A DNA stretch of 43,437 nucleotides from Cyanobacteria bacterium TMED229 (GTDB lineage Bacteria; Cyanobacteriota; Cyanobacteriia; PCC-6307; Cyanobiaceae). Position 1 is the first letter of the stretch; every line of letters begins with the position of its first letter. A model generated the notes under the pieces. It saw only the letters and a program-made list of their open reading frames with translations. It did not search any database and was not told where the DNA came from. Location: positions 5,240 to 48,676 of the forward strand of contig NHKA01000030.1 in assembly GCA_002169615.1 (NCBI GenBank), read 5' to 3'. The translations under genes and the position numbers were made by a program. Shown here in pieces: positions 1-9,865 of this stretch.

Positions 1-2
1 TG

Positions 3-332
3 ATTGGCTTGAATGTTTTCGAAAGATCGTTGTATCAATCAAAAAAGGGCAGCCTCCTAGCTACTGGCAGTCCAAAACGCATGACTGATGCATTCGCTGA
101 TCTTTATGAAGAGGATCCAGACATCCTGGATTCGTTGAGGGAGGAAATATTTGTCGTCAGCAATAAAAGAGGGAGAACTCTCGATTTGATTCCTCTACTG
201 CCATTGGGTCCTGAGCGGGAAGGCCTTCGACCTATCTGGTGCACGATGGATTCGGCAGAGGTGAGAGAAGACGAGGAGTGGTTCCAACGTTGGCAGGGTT
301 ATTGCAGTGACGTTGGAGTTGAACTTGTTTAA
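3..332 (+). CDS. Hypothetical protein, probably the 3' part of a gene that starts left of the window
   Basis: The frame is open from position 3 to TAA at 330-332. The product is acidic with no recognisable motif, and the DNA is AT-richer than the core genes to the right. Confidence 0.5.
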   Translation: MGLNVFERSLYQSKKGSLLATGSPKRMTDAFADLYEEDPDILDSLREEIFVVSNKRGRTLDLIPLLPLGPEREGLRPIWCTMDSAEVREDEEWFQRWQGYCSDVGVELV

Positions 333-575
333 CTGCTGCCGGTAATCAATCAAGAGCCAGAATTTCAAGTTCCCCGTTGTTCAACAGTCCACCAGCGGGG
401 AACACGTCAATCAGTCACGTCTGACCAATGCCCATCAACACCCTGAACTTCCTTGTTCCGCTGCAGGATCTTTTGTTTGCCTTTCAATCAATCGATGCTG
501 AGTCGTTCTTCAAATGGCTCTATTTCGGTGTTCAGAGGCTTGGAGAGCCTGTGGCATGTGAGCTGATCGTTGTAT

Positions 576-1562
576 TCAGTCGCTTTCCCCTTCGAACAGC
601 GTGTCCAGCGGCTCAGCATCGATCCCTTCCACCTCGCGCAGGTAGCGAGCGAGCACGTCGCTCTGACCATGGGTGACATACACCTTTTTGGCTCCACTTT
701 CCCGAACTGTCCTGATCAGACCTGGCCAGTCGGCGTGATCGCTGAGCACAAAGCCCCGCTCATAGCCACGACGCCTGCGTGCTCCTCGCACCGCCATCCA
801 TCCGGACGCAAATGCGGTTTGAGGTGCCTTGAACCGTCGCATCCAGCTGGAGCGATGGGCTGAAGGCGGTGCCAGAACCAAGCGCCCTGCAAGAGCATCG
901 CTGCGCGGCAGCTCACTCACCGGACGGGATGGCGTCATCGGAACCTTTGCATCCCTGTAGTGACGGGTGACCGTTTCCACCGCGCCATGCAGAAGCACCT
1001 CGTCCTCAACACCGATGGACCTCAATTCCGCCAGAAGCCTCTGGGCCTTGCCGAAGGCATAACAGAACAGCAGAGAGGGACGATCTTGATCTCCCTGCCA
1101 CCAGTCCCGGATCTGTTCAGCCACGGCTGAACCCTTTTGCCAGCGGTAGATCGGCATGCCAAATGTGGCCTCCGTGATCAGCACATCACAGGGCACCGGT
1201 TCGAATGGCGTGCAGCTCGGGTCGTCGTCCCGTTTGTAATCACCGCTCACCACCCACACCTCCCCATCACATTCCAGCCGGATCTGGGCAGAACCGAGCA
1301 CGTGGCCGGCGCTGTGGAAGGACACCTTGCACTGCCCGAGCCAGAGCTCTTCTCCGTATTGGACCGGATGCAGGCTGATGGTCTGGCCGAGTCGCTGCCG
1401 GAGCACTCCCTCGCTGCTCGCCACCGCCCAGTAAGAACCACAGCCGGATCTGGCGTGATCCGCATGGGCGTGGGTGATCAGCGCCCTTGGAACGGGTCGC
1501 CAGGGATCAATCCAGGCATCGGCAGCCCGGCAGTAGAGGCCTTCGGCGGTGCGCTCGATCAA
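576..1562 (-). CDS. Ligase-associated DNA damage response exonuclease (metallo-beta-lactamase/beta-CASP)
   Basis: Motifs IDPWRPVPRALITHAHADH, AGHVLGSAQ, SGDYKR, ITEATFG, YAFGKAQRLL, FASGWM, LSDHADW and VTHG. Confidence 0.9.
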   Translation of the reverse strand: MIERTAEGLYCRAADAWIDPWRPVPRALITHAHADHARSGCGSYWAVASSEGVLRQRLGQTISLHPVQYGEELWLGQCKVSFHSAGHVLGSAQIRLECDGEVWVVSGDYKRDDDPSCTPFEPVPCDVLITEATFGMPIYRWQKGSAVAEQIRDWWQGDQDRPSLLFCYAFGKAQRLLAELRSIGVEDEVLLHGAVETVTRHYRDAKVPMTPSRPVSELPRSDALAGRLVLAPPSAHRSSWMRRFKAPQTAFASGWMAVRGARRRRGYERGFVLSDHADWPGLIRTVRESGAKKVYVTHGQSDVLARYLREVEGIDAEPLDTLFEGESD

Positions 1563-1627
1563 GCCTGTTCATTCGATGCGCCAAGTCTGCAAGGCCCGTA
1601 GCTTGAGCGCGTTGTTGTGCCTTGTTC

Positions 1628-1861
1628 ATGAAGCTTCTGATTTCAGCCCTGGTGGCCTCGTCCTTGGTCCTGCCCGGTTCTGCGCTGGCTCAGAAGAAGA
1701 TCCCCAAGGCACAGGGTCACGACCAGTGCCCCCTGGGATACGTGAACACCCTCGGCACGACATGCGTGTCTCCGATCTATTACGAGATGAAACCCACGAA
1801 CGGAGAAGCCTGCCCGTCCGGTTTCATGAATGTTGGCGCCGGTTACTGCCGCAAGAAGTGA
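1628..1861 (+). CDS. Small secreted Cys-rich protein
   Basis: ATG at 1628. Signal peptide MKLLISALVASSLVLPGSALA followed by two CPxG[YF]xN...C repeats. Fills the gap between the exonuclease and nadA. Confidence 0.75.
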   Translation: MKLLISALVASSLVLPGSALAQKKIPKAQGHDQCPLGYVNTLGTTCVSPIYYEMKPTNGEACPSGFMNVGAGYCRKK

Positions 1862-1877
1862 GTGGCTTGGGCTCTGT

Positions 1878-2810
1878 TCATCGGCTGAGCTCCAGCATTT
1901 TCTGAATCGGCTGAAGTGCCCTGATTCTCAGCTCTTCTTCCAGTTCGATCGCAGGTTCCAGGTTCTCAAGACAAGCGTGCAGTTTCTCGAGGGTGTTGAG
2001 TCGCATGTAGGGGCATGCGTTGCAACTGCATCCATCGATCCCTGGAACGTCGATCAATGTTTTCTCTGGAACCCGTTGTTTCATCTGGTGCAGGATTCCA
2101 GGTTCCGTCAGCACGATGAATGTTTCAGCACGGCTGCTTTCGCTGTGGTTGAGCAATTTGCTGGTGGAGCCGATGAAATCTGCGTGTTCGAGAAGGTGTT
2201 CCTGACATTCAGGATGGGCAATGACCTCTGCATCGGGATGTTCCTGCTTCAGCTGTAGAACAGCCTCTTCACTGAAGGTTTCGTGCACGATGCAGCGACC
2301 GGGCCAAAGGGTGAGATCCCTGCCGCTCTGCCGTTGAACCCAACGCCCGAGGTTCTCATCAGGAGCAAACAGCACAGGCCGATCAACAGGGATCTGTCGG
2401 ACAAGATCCACCGCGTTGCTGCTTGTGCAGATCAGATCGCTCTGAGCCTTCACCGCTGCAGTGCAATTGATGTAACTGATGACGAAATGGTCGGGATGCT
2501 TGTGGCGGAAATCTGCGAATTCGTCCGCCGGACAGTCATCGGCGAGTGAGCAGCCGGCGTCCAGATCAGGCAGCAGAACTGTTTTCTGCGGGCTCAGGAT
2601 CTTGGCTGTTTCGGCCATGAAATGAACGCCGCAGAACACGATCACATCCGCGGTTGTGTTGGCGGCCTTGCGTGAGAGTTCAAGGGAATCACCAATGAAG
2701 TCGGCGATGTCCTGAACCTCGGGTTCCTGGTAGTAGTGGGCCAGGATCACGGCATTGCGCTCTTGCTTCAGCCGTTCAATCGCCGCAACCAGGCTGTTGT
2801 CAGCGGTCAT
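1878..2810 (-). CDS. nadA: Quinolinate synthase A
   Basis: Motifs [46 protein letters not shown] and CPYM. Confidence 0.97.
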   Translation of the reverse strand: MTADNSLVAAIERLKQERNAVILAHYYQEPEVQDIADFIGDSLELSRKAANTTADVIVFCGVHFMAETAKILSPQKTVLLPDLDAGCSLADDCPADEFADFRHKHPDHFVISYINCTAAVKAQSDLICTSSNAVDLVRQIPVDRPVLFAPDENLGRWVQRQSGRDLTLWPGRCIVHETFSEEAVLQLKQEHPDAEVIAHPECQEHLLEHADFIGSTSKLLNHSESSRAETFIVLTEPGILHQMKQRVPEKTLIDVPGIDGCSCNACPYMRLNTLEKLHACLENLEPAIELEEELRIRALQPIQKMLELSR

Positions 2811-2853
2811 CGGTTGGAGCCAGGGCAGGATGGTCTCAGCCTAAACAGCATTT

Positions 2854-3711
2854 CTGCCGGCACTCCGACTTGCCATTGCCGGTGATTTGCACGGCTCCTG
2901 GAGTGGAGCTGATGAGGGGTTGTTGTCGGCACTTGCTCCGGATGCTGTTCTGTTCGTGGGTGATCTCAGTGATGGTGACCTGCGCCTGACAAAACGGATC
3001 GCTTCTCTGCCTCACCCCGTGGCGGTGATCCTTGGTAACCACGACCGTGGCCGGGATCAAAGCGGCGGCGTGTTGCGACAGCAATTGGCCCTTCTCGGTG
3101 AACAGCACTGCGCCTGGTCACGTCGATGCTGGACCCGACCGGAGATCGCTGTTGTCGGTGCACGCCCCTGCAGTGCCGGTGGTGGATTTCAGCTTTCCAA
3201 GGCGGTGGAAGCCGTGTTCGGACCGGTCACAGTGGAACAATCCGCTGATCGGATCGTGGCTGCCGCAGCGGATGTCCCAGCTGATCAGCCGTTGGTGGTG
3301 CTGGCGCACTGCGGTCCCACCGGTCTGGGATCCGATCCGGACAGCCCCTGTGGTCGGGATTGGAAGTCCCCTGCGGTCGACTGGGGCGATCAGGACCTTG
3401 CCCTGGCTCTGGATCGCATGGCGCGCCGGCGTGCTCCGGATCTCGTGGTCTTCGGCCACATGCACCATCAGCTCAAGCGGGGTCGAGGCTTGCGGCAAAG
3501 CTTCCACCGCGATCGTCGAGGCATCGTTTACCTGAATGCCGCCTGTGTGCCACGAGCCGGTGCGGATGATCAGCAGCGCAGTCTTCTTCATCTGTCATGG
3601 GCTGAATTCCGCGGATGCCGACTCAGCCATCTCAGCCACCGTTGGTACACGCCAGAGGGTGTTCTGATTCATCAGGAAGAGCTGCCCCTGGAGCGGATTC
3701 ACCCGTGCTGA
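2854..3711 (+). CDS. Calcineurin-like metallophosphoesterase (cyanobacterial TIGR04168-like); start probably CTG at 2854
   Basis: Motifs AIAGDLHG, FVGDL, LGNHD, LAH and FGHMH. Motif I begins upstream of the first canonical start (2887). Confidence 0.85.
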   Translation: MPALRLAIAGDLHGSWSGADEGLLSALAPDAVLFVGDLSDGDLRLTKRIASLPHPVAVILGNHDRGRDQSGGVLRQQLALLGEQHCAWSRRCWTRPEIAVVGARPCSAGGGFQLSKAVEAVFGPVTVEQSADRIVAAAADVPADQPLVVLAHCGPTGLGSDPDSPCGRDWKSPAVDWGDQDLALALDRMARRRAPDLVVFGHMHHQLKRGRGLRQSFHRDRRGIVYLNAACVPRAGADDQQRSLLHLSWAEFRGCRLSHLSHRWYTPEGVLIHQEELPLERIHPC

Positions 3712-4787
3712 TCTACGTCTGCAGCAGCAGTCACGGCTTTGGTCATGCGGCCCGGGATGCCGCCGTGCTTCAGCAGTTGCATCGGCTTCGACCGGACTGG
3801 CGACTGGTGATCAGTTCCATGGTTCCCAAGGCGTTCTTGATCGATTTGCTTGGTTTCGATGCCGTGGAGGTTCGCCCCTGCCGCTGGGATGTGGGCATGG
3901 TCCAGGCCGATGCCCTCGGCAGTGACCCGCCAAGGACCTTGGACGCCCTTGCTGAACTTGAAACCCAACTGCCTGTCCAGCTTTCCGACGAGGCGGACTG
4001 GATCAGAGCTCAAGGCCTCCCGGTTCTGGTGATTGGGGATATTCCCCCAGCCGCCGCAGATCTTGCCGACCGTCTTGATGCACCGCTGGTGTGGATTGGA
4101 AATTTTGGATGGGATGAGATCTATGCGCCTTTCGGTGGGGACTTTCTTGCCCATGCCGAGTCGGCTCGTCATCGCTATGGCCGCGGCAATCTCCTGTTGC
4201 GCTGTCCCTTCGATCTGGCCATGGATTGGGGCATCCCGCAGGACCAGCTCCCGTTGGTCTGCAGCGAACCTCGTGGCCTTCCTCCGTCTTTGCGGGAGCA
4301 GCTCAGATCGATTGAGAAGCCATTGGTGATGCTCAGTTTCGGTGGTATGGGCCTGGAGGTGGACCCCGGTTTGTTCAGACGCTGGCCGAGCCACCACTTC
4401 CTGATGGCATCAGCCGTGGGGGGAGCCGATCAGAACCAGCTGGATCAGCTCGACAATGTCGCGATTCTTCCCCAAGGCGTCCGTCCTCTCGACGTTTTTC
4501 CATTCTGTGACCGCCATATCGGCAAGCCTGGTTTCAGCACGTTCTGTGAAGCCATGTCCCTCAAGGTGGGGCTCCACGTTGTGGAACGACAGGATTTTGC
4601 TGAGGTGAACGCTCTCATGGATGGTCTTCAACGCCATTCCCGTCACAGAGTGCTCTCAAGAGACGCCTTCATGACTGGGGATTGGAAGCTTGATCGTCCC
4701 TTGCATCCACCGTCCTCCAGTTCTTTAGAGAGCGATGGTGCTCAACGTGCCGCTCAGATCATTCTCAGTTTTTGCGGGCAAATTTGA
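3705..4787 (+). CDS. Glycosyltransferase-like protein (GT-B fold, similar to the arabinokinase N-terminal domain)
   Basis: GTG at 3705 overlaps the upstream stop. Motifs SSHGFGHAAR, GDIPP, NFGWD, SFGGMG, GKPGFSTFCEA and RQDFAE. Confidence 0.75.
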   Translation: MLIYVCSSSHGFGHAARDAAVLQQLHRLRPDWRLVISSMVPKAFLIDLLGFDAVEVRPCRWDVGMVQADALGSDPPRTLDALAELETQLPVQLSDEADWIRAQGLPVLVIGDIPPAAADLADRLDAPLVWIGNFGWDEIYAPFGGDFLAHAESARHRYGRGNLLLRCPFDLAMDWGIPQDQLPLVCSEPRGLPPSLREQLRSIEKPLVMLSFGGMGLEVDPGLFRRWPSHHFLMASAVGGADQNQLDQLDNVAILPQGVRPLDVFPFCDRHIGKPGFSTFCEAMSLKVGLHVVERQDFAEVNALMDGLQRHSRHRVLSRDAFMTGDWKLDRPLHPPSSSSLESDGAQRAAQIILSFCGQI

Positions 4788-5005
4788 TTTGAAGCTACGT
4801 AGCAACCATTGCAATCTCTTGTGATTCGTACTTGGTTTCGATGAAATCATCGCGCTGACTGTCACTGCAGACAATTTGTTCGCTGGCATATTTACCCGTT
4901 GCCTTGGCCTATTCGTTCGACAAAGTAACGGTCATGGTCAAACCGTTACAGACGGTTGTCATCCGCTTCTGACATCCATTCCTCGCAAGAGGACAAGCCC
5001 TTCGA

Positions 5006-5734
5006 ATGCCTTTTATGACTATCCGCGCAACGATTGGTCGAGTCACCCTCCTGACCGCTTGCGTCGGTTTGTCGCCTGTATTCATATCTTCTCCGGCCTC
5101 CAAGGCCAGTCTCCTTCCGCCTGAGTCCAGAGCGCAGCTGCTCAGCGAGCCTGACGAGCAGCCCTCCAGGGCCATTCCGTACATCATCACTCCCGAGAGG
5201 AGGGCGATGCTCAACACCATCCGTTTCGCAGAGGGAACCTGGCGAGGTGGTTTGGATGTGGGTTACAGGGTGATGTTCGGAGGCGGCCTGATGCCGAGCA
5301 TGGACCGTCACCCAGACCGTGTGATCTACAGCTCCCGTTACGCCAGTGCTGCGGCAGGGGCCTATCAGTTCATGCCATTCACCTGGAATCTGGTTCAGCG
5401 CAGCATCGGTGTTGTCGGCTTCGGCCCTGCGGCTCAGGATCAGGGAGCTCTGTTCTTGATTGAACGACGCAAGGCGCTTCCCCTGACGGATGCCGGCTCT
5501 CTCACCCCGGTTCTGACCGCCATGCTCGCCCCCGAGTGGGCGTCCTTCCCCACCCTTGCTGGACGCAGCTACTACGGCCAACCCGTGAAGAAGTACACAC
5601 GGCTCAAATCCTTCTACAAAGTGAACCTCGAAGAGCTGCGCAAGCTTCGTGACAAGCGCAGGTCTGAATTGTCGTCAGCGAAAAAACCCGATGTGTGCAC
5701 CGGGTCCAGGATTTACTGTGCCACTCAACTCTGA
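5006..5734 (+). CDS. Lambda-lysozyme-like muramidase/endolysin (GH104/GH24-like) with N-terminal signal sequence
   Basis: Motifs RAMLNTIRFAEGT (catalytic Glu), SAAAGAYQF, FGPAAQD, EWASFP and YGQ. Confidence 0.88.
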   Translation: MPFMTIRATIGRVTLLTACVGLSPVFISSPASKASLLPPESRAQLLSEPDEQPSRAIPYIITPERRAMLNTIRFAEGTWRGGLDVGYRVMFGGGLMPSMDRHPDRVIYSSRYASAAAGAYQFMPFTWNLVQRSIGVVGFGPAAQDQGALFLIERRKALPLTDAGSLTPVLTAMLAPEWASFPTLAGRSYYGQPVKKYTRLKSFYKVNLEELRKLRDKRRSELSSAKKPDVCTGSRIYCATQL

Positions 5735-6537
5735 TCGGTTTCTTTGTTGAGTTGTCGACCGACCGTTGCCTGGGCAATCAGGTAGGCAGCAACCGCTCCA
5801 CCCAGAAATCCCATGCTGTTACGCAGCAAGGGCAGCACATCAGATGTTCTGGTGATCACCGGGGCGATCCCGAAGACACCGAACAACATGATCCAAAGGG
5901 GTGATAACAGCAGAAGCCAGGCCCAAGCGACCGTCTCCCCTTCCTTTCGCGGATAGGCCGCAAATCCAGCGATCAATCCCCCGAGGATCGATGTGGTCAG
6001 CGTCCAGAGCCATTGTTCAAGGGGAAGACCCGGAACAACCTGGCAACCGCCCCGCTCAAGGCAGATCTCCACTGCATTGAGAGCATCAAGGATGGAACCA
6101 TCTTCTCCGTGGTCCTTCACGTAGTACTGATTGCCAAATCGCGTCTGTAGCTCCACCCAATAGGTGCGGGGCATCAGCGCAAAGAAGGCGTCACCGACGT
6201 TGAAATTGAGCAAATTGCCGCCACGGGGATCAGCTACCAGGAGCAGACTCCGCTCATCCAACCCCCAGAACTCCCGCACTGCCAACCCTGGGGTCCGCTC
6301 GTATTGCGTCAGCACACGCAGCTTCCATCCGGTGTTGTCTTCGAATTGATTGAGGGCTTCTTCCAGGCCTGCCCTTTGGTTGTCACTGAACGCGCGGGCC
6401 AGGTCAATCACCGGGGTCGGATGATCCGGCAGCAGATCAGGATTGTCATAGGCCCTGGCTGGTGCCGTGGCTGTGAAACCCACGAGCAGCGTGGCCAGCA
6501 GGCATGCCAACACCTTCCTGATGCGATGTGTTGCCAT
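5725..6537 (-). CDS. TPM domain-containing membrane protein
   Basis: Signal peptide, TPVIDLA, GWKLRVLTQY, FWGLD, LNFNVGD, RFGNQYYV and C-terminal TM helices. Confidence 0.85.
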   Translation of the reverse strand: MATHRIRKVLACLLATLLVGFTATAPARAYDNPDLLPDHPTPVIDLARAFSDNQRAGLEEALNQFEDNTGWKLRVLTQYERTPGLAVREFWGLDERSLLLVADPRGGNLLNFNVGDAFFALMPRTYWVELQTRFGNQYYVKDHGEDGSILDALNAVEICLERGGCQVVPGLPLEQWLWTLTTSILGGLIAGFAAYPRKEGETVAWAWLLLLSPLWIMLFGVFGIAPVITRTSDVLPLLRNSMGFLGGAVAAYLIAQATVGRQLNKETDQS

Positions 6538-6568
6538 GGATCTGCTGCAGCGACGGGCATTCTCACCA

Positions 6569-7759
6569 ATGGAATCAAAAGCTGCGTCATGCCCAGCCTG
6601 GTTGGCGCATCATCTGAAACAGGCCGGTGGAGCCGTGCCCTTTAGGCAGTTCATGGACTGGGCTCTGAACGATCCTGAACATGGCTATTACGGCTCCGGT
6701 CGCGCCCGGCTTGGACCAACGGGAGATTTCGCGACGTCGCCTTCGTTGGGCTCCGATTTCGCAGCGCTTCTGGCCCGTCAGATCGCTGCCTGGGTGCCCT
6801 TGTTCCCGACCGCTGCCCCTCTGTCGCTGGTTGAGTTCGGACCGGGAGAGGGAGATCTCGCCGCCGATCTGATTACGGCACTGCAGGAGCTTGTTCCCGA
6901 CAGTGCCGAGCGTTTCGAACTGGTGCTTGTGGAAGCCAATCCAGGCATGCGCGAACGGCAGCAGCGGCGGCTGCTTGAGGCCTCCTCCATTCCGATTCGC
7001 TGGTCGACAGCTGAGCAGCTGCAATCCGATCCAGTGGTGGGATTTGTCGTGGCCCACGAGTTTTTTGATGCTTTGCCGGTTGATCGTCTGGTCTGGTGCA
7101 ACGGTTCGCTGCAGCTGCAAGGTGTCCGTCTCAGCGGAAACCAAAGCCTGGAGACCATCACGCTGCCCCTTCCCTCTGCATTGGAGTCATCCATTGCTGA
7201 GATCTCCGCCCGCTGTGGTTTCGCAATCCCCCCAGGAGAGGTGCAGGACGGTTGGGCGACGGAGTGGCACTCCGATCAGGCGCATTGGTTCAGGGCGATC
7301 GCGAATGGGCTCAGGCAGGGGGCCCTTCTGGTGATCGATTATTCCCTTGAAGCGCGTCGTTACTACGCGAGCCGTCGAACGGACGGAACCTTGATGGGGT
7401 ACCGCCATCAGCAGGCCATCAACGCTCCACTGGAACAGATCGGTGCACAGGACCTGACGGCGCATCTCTGCATCGACACGGCGATCGATGCTGCCGTCCA
7501 TTCGGGCTGGCGATCCATCGACTGTGTGAGGCAGGGAGAAGCTCTGCTTGCACTCGGGTTGGCTGAACGCCTCCATGGGCTGCAGACCCTTGCGCCCGAT
7601 CAGCTGCCGCAGGCCTTGAACCGTCGAGAAGCAATGCTCAGACTGGTGGATCCCGCCGGTCTTGGTGATTTCCGCTGGATGCTATTCGGTCGGAACCTCG
7701 GGGAGGTTGACCTCAGGCTTGCAGGTTCTCCAAACATCTCAAGATCTCCTCTCGGCTGA
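6569..7759 (+). CDS. Class I SAM-dependent methyltransferase, MidA/NDUFAF7 (DUF185) family
   Basis: Motifs [41 protein letters not shown] and QDLTAH. Start taken at ATG 6569. Confidence 0.88.
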   Translation: MESKAASCPAWLAHHLKQAGGAVPFRQFMDWALNDPEHGYYGSGRARLGPTGDFATSPSLGSDFAALLARQIAAWVPLFPTAAPLSLVEFGPGEGDLAADLITALQELVPDSAERFELVLVEANPGMRERQQRRLLEASSIPIRWSTAEQLQSDPVVGFVVAHEFFDALPVDRLVWCNGSLQLQGVRLSGNQSLETITLPLPSALESSIAEISARCGFAIPPGEVQDGWATEWHSDQAHWFRAIANGLRQGALLVIDYSLEARRYYASRRTDGTLMGYRHQQAINAPLEQIGAQDLTAHLCIDTAIDAAVHSGWRSIDCVRQGEALLALGLAERLHGLQTLAPDQLPQALNRREAMLRLVDPAGLGDFRWMLFGRNLGEVDLRLAGSPNISRSPLG

Positions 7760-8834
7760 CGTCATCGTGGATTTCAACGGAACCGATTGAGGTCGGCAGC
7801 ACGAAACGGACGCGACCATCCCGCACCTTCTTGTCGCCCTGAAGCGTGTCCAGCACAGCCTCGGGATCCAGAGGAGGCCAAGCACAGGGAAGCAGGGTTC
7901 GTTCGATCAAGCGACGCTGACGATCCGCATCCTCACGCGTCCAGTTTCCTCGCTGCGCTGCCAGCTCCCCCACCGCGACCATCCCGATGGCAACGGCTTC
8001 ACCGTGCAGCCAGGTGCCATAGCCGCAGAGCGTCTCCACCACATGGCCGAAGGTATGGCCGTAATTCAGAACCGCCCTCAGGCCACCCTCCTTTTCATCC
8101 GCAGCCACGATGCGGGCCTTGGCGGCAGCCGAACGCTCCAGAATCGTTTCCAGAAGTCCATTGGTCAGGCCCTCGGCATGATCGGGCTCCTTGCAGCGCT
8201 CCAGCAGGGTGAACAATTCCGGGTCGCCGAGAATGCCGTACTTGATCACTTCTGCCATGCCAGCCCGGAATTCGCGTTGCGGCAGGGTGGCCAGGGTGTT
8301 CGGGTCGATCAACACCAGACGGGGCTGATGGAAGGCTCCAATGAGGTTTTTTCCACCGGGGTGGTTCACGCCGGTTTTGCCGCCAATCGCGGCATCCACC
8401 ATGGCCAGCAAGGTGGTTGGAACCTGAATCACACCGATGCCCCGCAGCCATGTGGCCGCGGCGAATCCCGTCATGTCTCCGACCACCCCGCCTCCGAGAG
8501 CCAGCATCAGAGAGCTGCGTTCCAGCTTCCGCGCGAACGCCGTGTCATGGATTTTCGCAATGGTTGCGGGTGTTTTCTGGTCTTCTCCGGCTTCGATCAG
8601 CAGGAGCTCAGCATCGAATCCATGGCCACGTAAGGAGGACAGGCACAGCTCTCCGTAGGGCGTCGCCACATCGGCGTTGCTCACCACCAGGACTTTGCGT
8701 CCCGCCTGGATTCCCGCTTCCACCAAGGCCTGCCCGATGTTCGCAAGTGATCCCTGACCGATCACCACGTCATAGGGATCCCGGCTCAGAGCAACGGTGA
8801 TCCGTCGATGCTGGAGCTGCGGGGCAACAGTCAT
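7713..8834 (-). CDS. aroB: 3-dehydroquinate synthase
   Basis: Motifs [49 protein letters not shown] and LNYGHTFGH. Confidence 0.97.
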   Translation of the reverse strand: MTVAPQLQHRRITVALSRDPYDVVIGQGSLANIGQALVEAGIQAGRKVLVVSNADVATPYGELCLSSLRGHGFDAELLLIEAGEDQKTPATIAKIHDTAFARKLERSSLMLALGGGVVGDMTGFAAATWLRGIGVIQVPTTLLAMVDAAIGGKTGVNHPGGKNLIGAFHQPRLVLIDPNTLATLPQREFRAGMAEVIKYGILGDPELFTLLERCKEPDHAEGLTNGLLETILERSAAAKARIVAADEKEGGLRAVLNYGHTFGHVVETLCGYGTWLHGEAVAIGMVAVGELAAQRGNWTREDADRQRRLIERTLLPCAWPPLDPEAVLDTLQGDKKVRDGRVRFVLPTSIGSVEIHDDVSREEILRCLENLQA

Positions 8835-8917
8835 GGCATGGTTCAGCCGACGCATCCACTCTGCCCGGCAGGCTTGGATCAGGAGACGTAACGTCTGCCG
8901 AGGATTCACTTCGACCC

Positions 8918-9808
8918 ATGGCAGCCCCAGGAGATGAGCGCGTCAGCCTCACGGCCTGGGCCTTTGTGTCGCCGGCCTTGCTGTTGATCAGTGTTTCCGT
9001 GCTGCTGCCGGCGCTGATGGCGCTGGTGATGAGTTTCACAGCAACCGGTCTGGATGTCACTGAACCGCTTCGCTTTGTGGGGCTGGCCAACATTCGCCGT
9101 CTCCTGGTGGATCCGATGGCTCGGCAGGTGATGGTCACCACTGCTCTCTACCTGTTCGGTGTCGTCCCTCCAATCGTGTTGGGCTCCCTGGCTCTTGCTG
9201 TTCTGGTCAATCGCAGCCTTCCGGGGATGCACGTGCTTCGAGGTGCCTTCTACACGCCGGTGCTGGTGTCGATCGTTGTGGCAGCCATTGCTTTCCGCTG
9301 GCTGTATGCGGAAAACGGTTTGATCAACGGCTGGTTGGGGGCGCTGCTGGGTGATGCCTTCACTCCCGTGGGGTTTCTCACATCCCCCCAAGTCGCCCTG
9401 CCGGCCGTGATGCTGGTGACGCTCTGGAAAGGGCTTGGTTATTACATGGTGATCTTCCTGGCAGGTCTGCAGGGCATTCCAGGGGAGCTCTACGAGGCGG
9501 CGGAACTCGACGGAAGCGAAGGCTGGCGTCAACACACGGACATCACGCTTCCCCTGCTGCGCCCTTACGTCGCTCTTGTTGCTGTGGTCTCTTCGATCGC
9601 TGCAACCAAGGTGTTTGAGGAGGTGTTCCTGATGACCCAGGGGGGACCAGCGGATTCGACCCGAACCATCGTTTATTACGTGTACGACCAGGCCTTCGCC
9701 GAACTCGAGATCACCTATGCCTGCACGCTGGGACTCGCCCTCTTTCTTCTGGTGATGCTGTTCACCTTGATCCGTCTTGCCTTCAGCGGCGATCAAAAGC
9801 TGATCTGA
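8918..9808 (+). CDS. Carbohydrate ABC transporter permease (CUT1, LacF/MalF-like)
   Basis: FVGLAN motif, EAA loop [21 protein letters not shown] and several TM segments. Confidence 0.9.
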   Translation: MAAPGDERVSLTAWAFVSPALLLISVSVLLPALMALVMSFTATGLDVTEPLRFVGLANIRRLLVDPMARQVMVTTALYLFGVVPPIVLGSLALAVLVNRSLPGMHVLRGAFYTPVLVSIVVAAIAFRWLYAENGLINGWLGALLGDAFTPVGFLTSPQVALPAVMLVTLWKGLGYYMVIFLAGLQGIPGELYEAAELDGSEGWRQHTDITLPLLRPYVALVAVVSSIAATKVFEEVFLMTQGGPADSTRTIVYYVYDQAFAELEITYACTLGLALFLLVMLFTLIRLAFSGDQKLI

Positions 9809-9865
9809 GCGACTGGGGTTGGGGCTTGATGGCAAGCTTCGGTTCTCTGCAGCTGCTTCCAGGAG

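Noticed and set aside
369-405. Resemblance of GTTCCCCG...GCGGGGAACAC to type I-E CRISPR repeats
   Set aside because: Single copy, no spacers and no cas genes in the window. Kept only as a hairpin.
428-863. Short ORFs 428-676, 488-697 and 570-863
   Set aside because: They overlap the exonuclease 3' end and have no motifs or supporting context.
5006-5734. Prophage suggested by an endolysin-like gene
   Set aside because: No holin, structural, integrase or replication genes nearby, and both flanks are housekeeping genes.
7713-7759. 47-bp convergent overlap of aroB and the methyltransferase
   Set aside because: Short 3' overlaps occur repeatedly in this compact genome, and nothing indicates a special role.
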